Assembly (NCBI GenBank): GCA_963662545.2
Contig: CAXXLL010000002.1
Span: forward strand, 2,464,001 to 2,528,000
Length of the DNA: 64,000 nucleotides
From: Gammaproteobacteria bacterium
GTDB lineage: Bacteria; Pseudomonadota; Gammaproteobacteria; Ga0077536
Reading direction: 5' to 3'
A program made the position numbers and the translations under genes. The notes beneath the pieces are model-generated. The model was not told where the DNA came from, searched no databases, and was given only the letters and a program-made list of their open reading frames with translations. How positions within the stretch are numbered: the stretch's first letter is position 1; the number at the start of each line of letters is the position of its first letter. This document shows, piece after piece, positions 56,618-64,000 of this stretch.

Positions 56618-58180
56618 GTGTTCGAACTTACGCAGATGAACTGCCTGGCCGATATTCCGCGCTTGCAGGCGCGTCTCCGCCCGGATGGCACGGCGCAGAT
56701 ATTCGAAGATCGCAGGACGACGTTCGCCGAATTCGATCGGCGCACGAACCAGGTGGCGCGTGCCCTGCTCGACCTCGACCTCGAGCCGCAATCTCGCGTG
56801 GGCTACCTAGGCAAGAATTCAGACCGGTATTTCGAACTGCTTTTCGGCGCTTTTAAATCGAATACCGTCATCGTGGGCGTGAACTGGCGGCTGGCGGCGC
56901 CGGAGATCGAATACATTCTGAACGACGCCGACTGCAAGGTGCTGTTCGTTGGCGCCGAGTATTACGACATGGCCGCGCAGCTTGCTCAGCAGTGTCCCGG
57001 TATTTCGACGATGGTAGCGATGGATGGTGCGCATCGCGAGTGGCCGGCATTCGAGGCATGGCGTGAAACCTGGACGCAGGACGAGGTGCACGTAGCGATC
57101 GCGGCGGACGATGACGCAGTCCAGCTTTATACGAGCGGCACGACGGGCCACCCCAAGGGCGTACAGCTGACCAACGCTAACTTTCTCGCCCTCTTCGAGG
57201 CGACTGAGGCCGCACAATGGGGGATTTTCGAGGCAGGCGACGCGGCATTGGCATGCATGCCGGTGTTTCACATAGCCGGCGTCAACATGGGTGTGCTGTC
57301 CATTGCGCAGGGCACCACCAACGTCATTATGAAAGAGGTCGACCCCGGCCTCATCGTCGATTTCATTTCCCGCTACCGCATCAACTATGTCTTTTTCGTG
57401 CCCGCAGTGATGCTCTTCATGAGCCAGTTACCGAAAATTCGGGACGCGGATTTTTCGTCACTGAAAAAATTATTTTACGGTGCGTCACCGATTAACGAAG
57501 ACCTGCTGAAAGACTCTCAGGAAATATTCGGCTGCGATTTTTATCAAGTCTACGGCCTGACTGAAACGACGGGTGCGGGCACTGTCCTGCCGCCGCAAGA
57601 CCACACCGACGGCAAGCTCCGCTCCTGCGGAAAATCCTATCCCGGTATCGACATCAAGATCGTGGGCGCCGACGGTGAATCACTGCCGCCGGGAGAGGTG
57701 GGTGAGATCGCCATTCGCCATGCGGCGGTGATGAAAGGCTACTGGAACCGCCCCAAAGCAACGGAAGAGGCCATCAAAGACGGTTGGTTTCATACCGGTG
57801 ATGCCGGTTATACCGATGAAGACGGGTATATCTACATCTACGATCGGGTCAAGGACATGATCGTCTCGGGCGGCGAAAACATCTATCCGGCCGAGATCGA
57901 AAACGCTTTATCCGGCCACGAGGCCGTCGCTGACGTCGCGGTGATCGGCGTGCCGGACGAACGCTGGGGCGAGACGGTCAAGGCCGTGATCGTTTTGCTT
58001 CCCGGTGCGGCGTCCTCGGTCGATGAAATCATTGCCTTTGCCCGCACGCGTATCGCCGGATTCAAGGTTCCGAAGTCGATCGATTTCGTCGACGAACTGC
58101 CACGCAACGCTTCGGGCAAGGTCCTGCGACGCGAATTGCGGGCACCCTACTGGGAGGGTAAGGCGAGAAACGTGAATTAG
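56618..58180 (+). CDS. Long-chain fatty acid-CoA ligase
   Basis: YTSGTTGHPKG, YGLTE, HTGD, KDMIVSGGENIYP, ASGK. Confidence 0.93.
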   Translation: MFELTQMNCLADIPRLQARLRPDGTAQIFEDRRTTFAEFDRRTNQVARALLDLDLEPQSRVGYLGKNSDRYFELLFGAFKSNTVIVGVNWRLAAPEIEYILNDADCKVLFVGAEYYDMAAQLAQQCPGISTMVAMDGAHREWPAFEAWRETWTQDEVHVAIAADDDAVQLYTSGTTGHPKGVQLTNANFLALFEATEAAQWGIFEAGDAALACMPVFHIAGVNMGVLSIAQGTTNVIMKEVDPGLIVDFISRYRINYVFFVPAVMLFMSQLPKIRDADFSSLKKLFYGASPINEDLLKDSQEIFGCDFYQVYGLTETTGAGTVLPPQDHTDGKLRSCGKSYPGIDIKIVGADGESLPPGEVGEIAIRHAAVMKGYWNRPKATEEAIKDGWFHTGDAGYTDEDGYIYIYDRVKDMIVSGGENIYPAEIENALSGHEAVADVAVIGVPDERWGETVKAVIVLLPGAASSVDEIIAFARTRIAGFKVPKSIDFVDELPRNASGKVLRRELRAPYWEGKARNVN

Positions 58181-58279
58181 GAGGTCGTGCGACTGGACGC
58201 TGGCGGAACGGCGTTGACCCTCCTTGGGGCGGTCAATGACCGCTAGCGAATCACCGGTGAGGGGACGCCGGCGAGCAAA

Positions 58280-59149
58280 TCAGTATCGCCGCAGAAGCTC
58301 GATGAGACTCGAGGTGTCCCAGCGCTGACCGCCGAGTTTTTGTACTTCCGCGTAGTATCCGTCGATCAAAGTCGTAACCGGCAGGCGGGCACCGTTGCGC
58401 GCGGCTTCGGCGAGGACGATCCCGAGGTCTTTGCGCATCCAGTCGACGGCAAACCCGAAATCGAATTCGCCGCGGCACATGCTGCCGGCGCGGTTTTCCA
58501 TCTGCCACGATTGCGCGGCGCCTCGGGAGATGACTTCAATGACCGCATTCATGTCGAGTTTCGCGCGCTGTCCGAAATCAAGCGCTTCGGCCAGCCCCTG
58601 CAGCACCCCGGCAACGCAGATCTGATTGACCATCTTGGTCAATTGGCCGCTACCCACGGGCCCCATCAAGACGCAGGCGCGCGCATAGGCGTCGATCACG
58701 GGCCGCGCGCGCTCGAAGGCGCGGCCCTCGGCACCGCACATGATGGTCAGCTCACCGTTCTCGGCGCCGGCCTGTCCGCCGGAAACCGGCGCATCGATGA
58801 AGTGCACATCGCGTTCGATCGCGACCGCGGCGAGTTCCCGCGCGACGACGGCGGACGTCGTCGTGTGATCGACGTAGATCGCATCGCGTTCCATGGCCTC
58901 CAGCGCACCCTCGGCGCCCACTAGGATCTCGCGTAGATCGTCATCATTGCCCACGCATGAGAAAACGATCTCGGCTCCGCGTGCGGCATCGCGCGGCGTG
59001 GCCATTGATCGACCGGCGTGTTCGCCTAGCCAACATGCCGCTTTTTCGGCCGTGCGGTTGAAAACGGTGACGTCGTGCCCCGCCGCGCTCAAATGGCCCG
59101 CCATCGAATATCCCATGACACCGAGGCCCAGAAAACTAACTCTCGCCAT
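58280..59149 (-). CDS. Beta-hydroxyacid dehydrogenase (3-hydroxyisobutyrate DH family)
   Basis: FLGLGVMG, DAPVSGG, KMVNQ, KDLG. Confidence 0.93.
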   Translation of the reverse strand: MARVSFLGLGVMGYSMAGHLSAAGHDVTVFNRTAEKAACWLGEHAGRSMATPRDAARGAEIVFSCVGNDDDLREILVGAEGALEAMERDAIYVDHTTTSAVVARELAAVAIERDVHFIDAPVSGGQAGAENGELTIMCGAEGRAFERARPVIDAYARACVLMGPVGSGQLTKMVNQICVAGVLQGLAEALDFGQRAKLDMNAVIEVISRGAAQSWQMENRAGSMCRGEFDFGFAVDWMRKDLGIVLAEAARNGARLPVTTLIDGYYAEVQKLGGQRWDTSSLIELLRRY

Positions 59150-59651
59150 AGATTTCCAGCTCCTGAATTACCTTTCTTTGACTCGCCGTGCTGGTACTGT
59201 CGTTCGAGCACCGAACAATCGAATCAACGGCGATGACGGGTGCGAAGACGGCCTAATGCTGAGGATTGAACGCAGAAATCCGTGCTTCACACGGTCTGCG
59301 AATGTGTTCTCCCGCACGCGAAATAGCGGATTCTATCATCCATAAAGAGCCTATTAAACAATTGGTTGCGATTCTACAGGTTAAAATAAGCAACGCTTTC
59401 AGGAGCGACGAAATTTTAGGATGCCGTCTTCGAAGCTTGTATCGAGCGGGCCGGTTTTGAACGCAGCCACTGCCCATCGAATGGGCATTCTTAACGATCC
59501 GGGAGGAGCGTTTTGGACGTGAGAGAAGCGTTAGGTTGAGGGTCAAGGGCCACGGCTTAATCGCTCTTCGGCATGACGAGACAAATTCAAATTCGCCGGC
59601 AGTCGGGCGATTGCGTTCATGCAGCTGCGCAGTGCGCTGGAACCCTCGATA

Positions 59652-61292
59652 TTAATTGCGGCCCCGGGCACAACCATCAAATCTCGGCTCGCTCGCCCCG
59701 GCATATCCCGTATTGATCCGGCGCACGCATTGATACCCGCCCATAAACTGCTGGACGGCATCAAGGTTGGAAGACATCTCGTGTCCCCGCGATTTCATGT
59801 CGCCGATCAAGCCCTGCTCGAATTCAGCTTCGTAGAACACCTGGCCGGCATCCGCCTGGCGCGTCACCGTCGGCGTATTGAGGCCGTCGTGCCGCATGCG
59901 CGGCGCCCTTCCCGCGGCATCGGGGTCCATATCGAAGTCGAGCATGTTCACCAGCACCTGTACCTGGCCCTGCGGCTGCATGTCGGCGCCCATTACGCCA
60001 AGGCTCATCAAGGGCTCGCCACCGTGCATGACGAAGGCGGGAATGATCGTGTGGAAGGGACGCTTGCCCGGGGCGTAGGCGTTCGGATGTTGCGCGTCGA
60101 GAGAAAACGCAGAGCCGCGGCTCTGCAACGCAAATCCCATTCCGTCGGGCACGAGGCCTGAACCAAACTTGACGAAGATACTTTGAATCAGAGACACCAT
60201 GAGCCCCGCATCGTCGGCCACACTGAGATAAGTTGTATCACCCCGGGACAGGGTTGGATCACCTTGCACCGGACGGCAGAGCGCCCGGTCGGTAATGAGG
60301 GCTGCACGTTCCGCGGCATACCCTTTGTCATTGAGTGCGGCGATGGGTACCGCGCCGAATTCCGGGTCGCCATAAAACCGCGCCCGGTCTTCAAAGGCGA
60401 GTTTCTTCGCCTCGATGAAGCGATGCCAGTAGTCGGCCGACTCGGGACCGTATTCGGCCAGCGGAAAATTCTCGAGGATGTTCAACATTTGCAGAACGGT
60501 CAGGCCCTGGCCGTTCGGCGGCAGTTCGTAGACGTCATAGCCGCGGTACTCCGTCGTGATCGGGTCGACCCACTCGACGCGTGCTTGTGCGAAGTCTTCT
60601 GCGGTCAGTCTGCAGTCGACACCGGCGAGATACGCGACCATTCGCGCAGCGATGTCGCCCTTGTAAAAATCGTCAAACCCTCGTTCGGCAAATCCGGCAT
60701 AGGTGCGCCCAAGGTCCGGGTTGCGTACGGTATCGCCCGCGTTCGGCGGCCTTCCATCGAGGAGAAAGGTTTTCCGCAAGTTGGCTTTGAATTCGTCGGG
60801 GGTGGGCGCGCTCATCGCCATACTCGCCGACTTGTGCCACCACGCCGCGGTTGCGGGGCCGATCTTGACACCCGCTGCGGCATATTCGATTACCGGCGCG
60901 AAGATGTCGCCCAGGTTTAAGCGGCCGAAGCGTTGGTGCAGCGCCGCCCAGCCCCTCACGGCGCCCGGCACGGTGATCGAATGAACGCCGTTGACAGGGA
61001 TCGCCTGATCGCCGTCGAGCCGCCTCTTGAGTTCAGCAAGGCTTTGGGCGCGCGGGCTGCGGCCACTGGCATTCAGGCCATGCAGTTTCCGTGTTGCCGG
61101 ATCCCACACAATGGCGAACAGATCACCACCGGGTCCGCACATGAAGGGTTCGCAGAGACTCAGCATGGCGTTAGCGCCGATCGCGGCGTCGACCGCGCTG
61201 CCGCCGCGCTCGAGTAATTCGACGCCGACGTCGGTGGCCAGAGTCTGGCTGGTCGCGACCATGCCACGGGCTGCGGTAACCGGCCCGCTCAT
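59652..61292 (-). CDS. ggt: Gamma-glutamyltransferase family (no signal peptide)
   Basis: GGSAVDAAI, GGDLF, ELPPNGQG, DTTYLSV (Thr nucleophile), PGKRPFHTI, QPQGQ. Confidence 0.9.
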   Translation of the reverse strand: MSGPVTAARGMVATSQTLATDVGVELLERGGSAVDAAIGANAMLSLCEPFMCGPGGDLFAIVWDPATRKLHGLNASGRSPRAQSLAELKRRLDGDQAIPVNGVHSITVPGAVRGWAALHQRFGRLNLGDIFAPVIEYAAAGVKIGPATAAWWHKSASMAMSAPTPDEFKANLRKTFLLDGRPPNAGDTVRNPDLGRTYAGFAERGFDDFYKGDIAARMVAYLAGVDCRLTAEDFAQARVEWVDPITTEYRGYDVYELPPNGQGLTVLQMLNILENFPLAEYGPESADYWHRFIEAKKLAFEDRARFYGDPEFGAVPIAALNDKGYAAERAALITDRALCRPVQGDPTLSRGDTTYLSVADDAGLMVSLIQSIFVKFGSGLVPDGMGFALQSRGSAFSLDAQHPNAYAPGKRPFHTIIPAFVMHGGEPLMSLGVMGADMQPQGQVQVLVNMLDFDMDPDAAGRAPRMRHDGLNTPTVTRQADAGQVFYEAEFEQGLIGDMKSRGHEMSSNLDAVQQFMGGYQCVRRINTGYAGASEPRFDGCARGRN

Positions 61293-61479
61293 GGCGTTGC
61301 CTCAGCTATGAGTCGATGCCACCCGCTGCTCGAGCGTATAAAAATTAGTTTCCACATCGCGCTATTCTAACCGAGGGACAAGTCCGGATATCTCAGCAAC
61401 GGGGCCTGTTGATCAATAATATTTGGCTTCACTGTGTTCCGTAACTGACCCACTGATCGATTCAGTGCAGTAAGCTTAT

Positions 61480-62838
61480 TCATCCGGAGGCGTGCGCACC
61501 GCTCATGAGCGTACGCAGGTACATCACCGCGCCACCCAATGCCCACAGGCCGCAGATCATCCACTCCTGGGGCCACAGCAGTGCGGCCGGGCTCCAGGGT
61601 AGATAGAGGGTCGCCATGGCGCAGGCAAAGGCAAAGGCGAGCCATCCGCAGACCGGTCCGAACGGTACGCGATAGGGGCGTTCGAGATCGGGTTGCTGGC
61701 GCCTGAGTACGATAAACGCCAGGGCGACCACAGCATAGGCGATGATGACGCCGACGGAGCCCGCGTTGACCAGCCACACCAGTGCGGAACGCCCAAACCA
61801 CGGTGCCACGCAGGATATCGCGCAGATCAGCCACAAGGCGCGCGCGGGACTTGCGTGTTTATCATCCAGCCTGGCCAGCCAAGAAGGCAGCATACGGCTC
61901 GACGCCAGGGCGTAAATGAGCCGGCTGGCGGCGAGGAGAAAGGCATTCCAACTCGTGATGATGCCGGCGATCCCGCCGCACACTAAAACCGTACCCGCCC
62001 AGGTTCCCGACCACGCGGCGACCGCCGCGTCGGCAGTCGTCAGGGTCGATTGCGCGCGCGCCGAAGGGCCCAGTACGTAACCCACTGCGAGCACGATCAA
62101 CACGTAGAAGGCGGCGGCGGCGATCACCGAGAACACCACGAGCGCGCCGATGCGGGCGGGCGGCAGATCGATCTCCTCGGCGGCCTGCGGGATGACGTCG
62201 AAGCCGACGAATAAGATCGGAATCATCACAAGCACACTGAGCGTGCCGGTCAGACCGTTCTCGAACAATGGTGTCATGTTATCCATTCCGCCGCTGAACG
62301 ACGCGCCGCTAATCAGGACCGCGCCCGACAGCAGTATCAGTACTGTAACGAATCCCTGCAGGCGCGCGGCCGTCGAAATGCCCCATACGTTGACGGTGGT
62401 CAACACCAGGGCGGCAGCGATACCGATGGCTATTTGGCTGGCGTAAACATCCCATCCGGCCACCCGCCATAACAGGCCGACCTTGATCGCCGGAAACAGG
62501 TAAGACAGCGCGAAAGGCAGGGCCACTACTTCGAAGGCGACGACCGAGACATAACCGAGCAGCAAGGCCCAGGTACAGACGAAGGAAACATGGGGTCCGA
62601 AAGCGCGGAGGGTGTAGACGTGCTCGCCCCCGACTTTGGGCATGGCCGAAGCGAGTTCGGCATAAGTCAGTGCGATCAAGACCATGCCAATCCCCGCCAC
62701 CGCAAAGGCCAGCGCTGCGCCCAAGGTGCCGGCCTCGCCGATCCACAGGCCCGTCAACAGAACCCAGCTCCAGCCCATGATCGCGCCGAAGGCGAATGCC
62801 ACGACGTGGTGGCGTTTCAGTATCCGTTCAAATTCCAC
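61480..62838 (-). CDS. APC-family amino acid/polyamine permease
   Basis: FGAIMGWSW, YAELASAMP..GGE, FVGFD..PQAAEE, RPYRVP. Confidence 0.92.
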   Translation of the reverse strand: MEFERILKRHHVVAFAFGAIMGWSWVLLTGLWIGEAGTLGAALAFAVAGIGMVLIALTYAELASAMPKVGGEHVYTLRAFGPHVSFVCTWALLLGYVSVVAFEVVALPFALSYLFPAIKVGLLWRVAGWDVYASQIAIGIAAALVLTTVNVWGISTAARLQGFVTVLILLSGAVLISGASFSGGMDNMTPLFENGLTGTLSVLVMIPILFVGFDVIPQAAEEIDLPPARIGALVVFSVIAAAAFYVLIVLAVGYVLGPSARAQSTLTTADAAVAAWSGTWAGTVLVCGGIAGIITSWNAFLLAASRLIYALASSRMLPSWLARLDDKHASPARALWLICAISCVAPWFGRSALVWLVNAGSVGVIIAYAVVALAFIVLRRQQPDLERPYRVPFGPVCGWLAFAFACAMATLYLPWSPAALLWPQEWMICGLWALGGAVMYLRTLMSGAHASG

Positions 62839-62925
62839 GAACGGTTTTTATCGATCCAAATCGGTTCGATTGGCCCGACACGCATGCGCGAGCTTCGTAT
62901 TCCCTTACGTCGATTATCAGCTTAG

Positions 62926-63086
62926 GGAATCTCTGAATAAGTCATGGTGCGTCTGAATTGTTCATGCAATGGTGCAGATCAAGGCACGAATCGCAGGCCA
63001 TAGCGGGGTTAGGGCTAAGGTTCGTAACGTAAGGCTCCGCCATTTCATGGGCCAGGCAGATGGGCCATGACTTATTCAGAGGTTCC
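62926..63086 (+). mobile_element. MITE-A copy 6
   Basis: TIRs and internal core match; flanks TTAG/TTAA. Confidence 0.92.
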
Positions 63087-64000
63087 TTAAAACTTGCGGA
63101 CCATCGTAATCAAAAATCTTGCCGGGATTCAGAATGCCCTTGGGATCCAGCGCTTGCTTGAGGCGCCGCATGAGTGCGATTTCGCTTGCACTGCGCGATA
63201 CCGACAGCCAGGGCTTCTTTTCGAGTCCGATGCCATGTTCCGCCGATACGGAGCCGCCAAGCGAGGCGAGCGGCTCGTAGATCGCGGTCTCGATCTCGTG
63301 CCGGTATTTCTCCGTTTCGTTACCCACGGCCACGGCAAAATGAAGGTTGCCATCGCCGAGGTGGCCAAACGAGAAAAAATCGGCTTCGAAGGCACAGTCG
63401 TTCAGGCGCTGCCTGACAAGGTCGACATAGCTCGCCATCGGCCGCACGGCCAGGCTGACATCGAAGAACACGATGTCGCCCACCTCGAACAAGTGTTCGA
63501 CTTCGTCGCGGACGCGCCAGATGGCCGCGCCTTCGCTGTTCGATTTGGCCACGATCGCATCGGCCAGCAGCCCGTCTTCGTGCGCGCGGGTCAGCGCGTT
63601 CTCGAACGTTTCCGCTTCCCTCTCTTGATTGGCGCCCAGTGATTCGACGATCGCATAAAACGGCCGCTCCGGATCCATCTGCATCGCGGGGCCCCCGACC
63701 TTATCCCGCGTGTAAAGAAAATAGTCCGGCCACATGACTTCATAGGCCGACAGGTTGCCGCTCAGAGCGCCATCGAGATACGACAGGAATTTCAACACCG
63801 CCTCGTAGTTGGGAAAGGCGACCAGGGCCGTGTGCTGGGCGGAGAGCGACGTACGCAGCCGGAGGACCAGGCGCGTGACGACCCCCAGCGTCCCCTCGCT
63901 GCCGATGAAAAGCTGTTTGAGATCGTATCCGGAATTGTTTTTGATCATGACATTCAGCGAGGATACGACGGTGCCGTCGGCCAGAACTGCTTCGAGGCCG
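63076..64000 (-). CDS. FAD-linked oxidase, D-2-hydroxyacid dehydrogenase/GlcD family (5' part outside the window)
   Basis: KNNSGYDLKQLFIGSEGTLG, GHLGDGNLH, SAEHGIG, DPKGILNPGK. Confidence 0.92.
   Translation of the reverse strand, partial: GLEAVLADGTVVSSLNVMIKNNSGYDLKQLFIGSEGTLGVVTRLVLRLRTSLSAQHTALVAFPNYEAVLKFLSYLDGALSGNLSAYEVMWPDYFLYTRDKVGGPAMQMDPERPFYAIVESLGANQEREAETFENALTRAHEDGLLADAIVAKSNSEGAAIWRVRDEVEHLFEVGDIVFFDVSLAVRPMASYVDLVRQRLNDCAFEADFFSFGHLGDGNLHFAVAVGNETEKYRHEIETAIYEPLASLGGSVSAEHGIGLEKKPWLSVSRSASEIALMRRLKQALDPKGILNPGKIFDYDGPQVLRNL

Noticed and set aside
2227-63086. MITE-A copies as CRISPR repeats or integron attC sites
   Set aside because: The copies are dispersed among housekeeping genes in both orientations, with no spacers, cas genes or integrase. 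The ends are IS-like TIRs, not RYYYAAC/GTTRRRY.

Overview
GC-rich chromosomal window, probably from a free-living gammaproteobacterium (inferred from the gene orders pcm-nlpD-rpoS, argD-argF and mltD-yafS-rnhA-dnaQ). The first ~16 kb is housekeeping. The rest is accessory metabolism: a DUF547 / ArsM-like methyltransferase / DedA-flavoreductase module, nfi, apt, egtB, amidohydrolases, an LLM monooxygenase, TPMT, hisN, an RND/MMPL transporter, methanethiol oxidase with a SCO-MauG fusion, a tungsten AOR with MoaD, GGT and an APC permease. Two intact IS elements are present (IS4 and IS630 families). The main unexplained structure is a ~162-bp fully palindromic MITE in 6 copies plus a remnant. It shows stem covariation, has YTAR flanks and sits mostly at gene ends; the IS4 element is inserted in its apical loop. 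A second 258-bp MITE family and ends of a third are also visible. Several frame anomalies were read directly. A histone-like gene has A-AAA-AAG-TAG followed by a 67-codon -1 extension. RpoS has a frame-broken (AKVK)n N-terminal extension. A decaying two-gene operon carries an IS630 insertion and a 7-bp duplication, and two orphan gene fragments are present. All product calls come from motif recognition by eye; no database searches were run.
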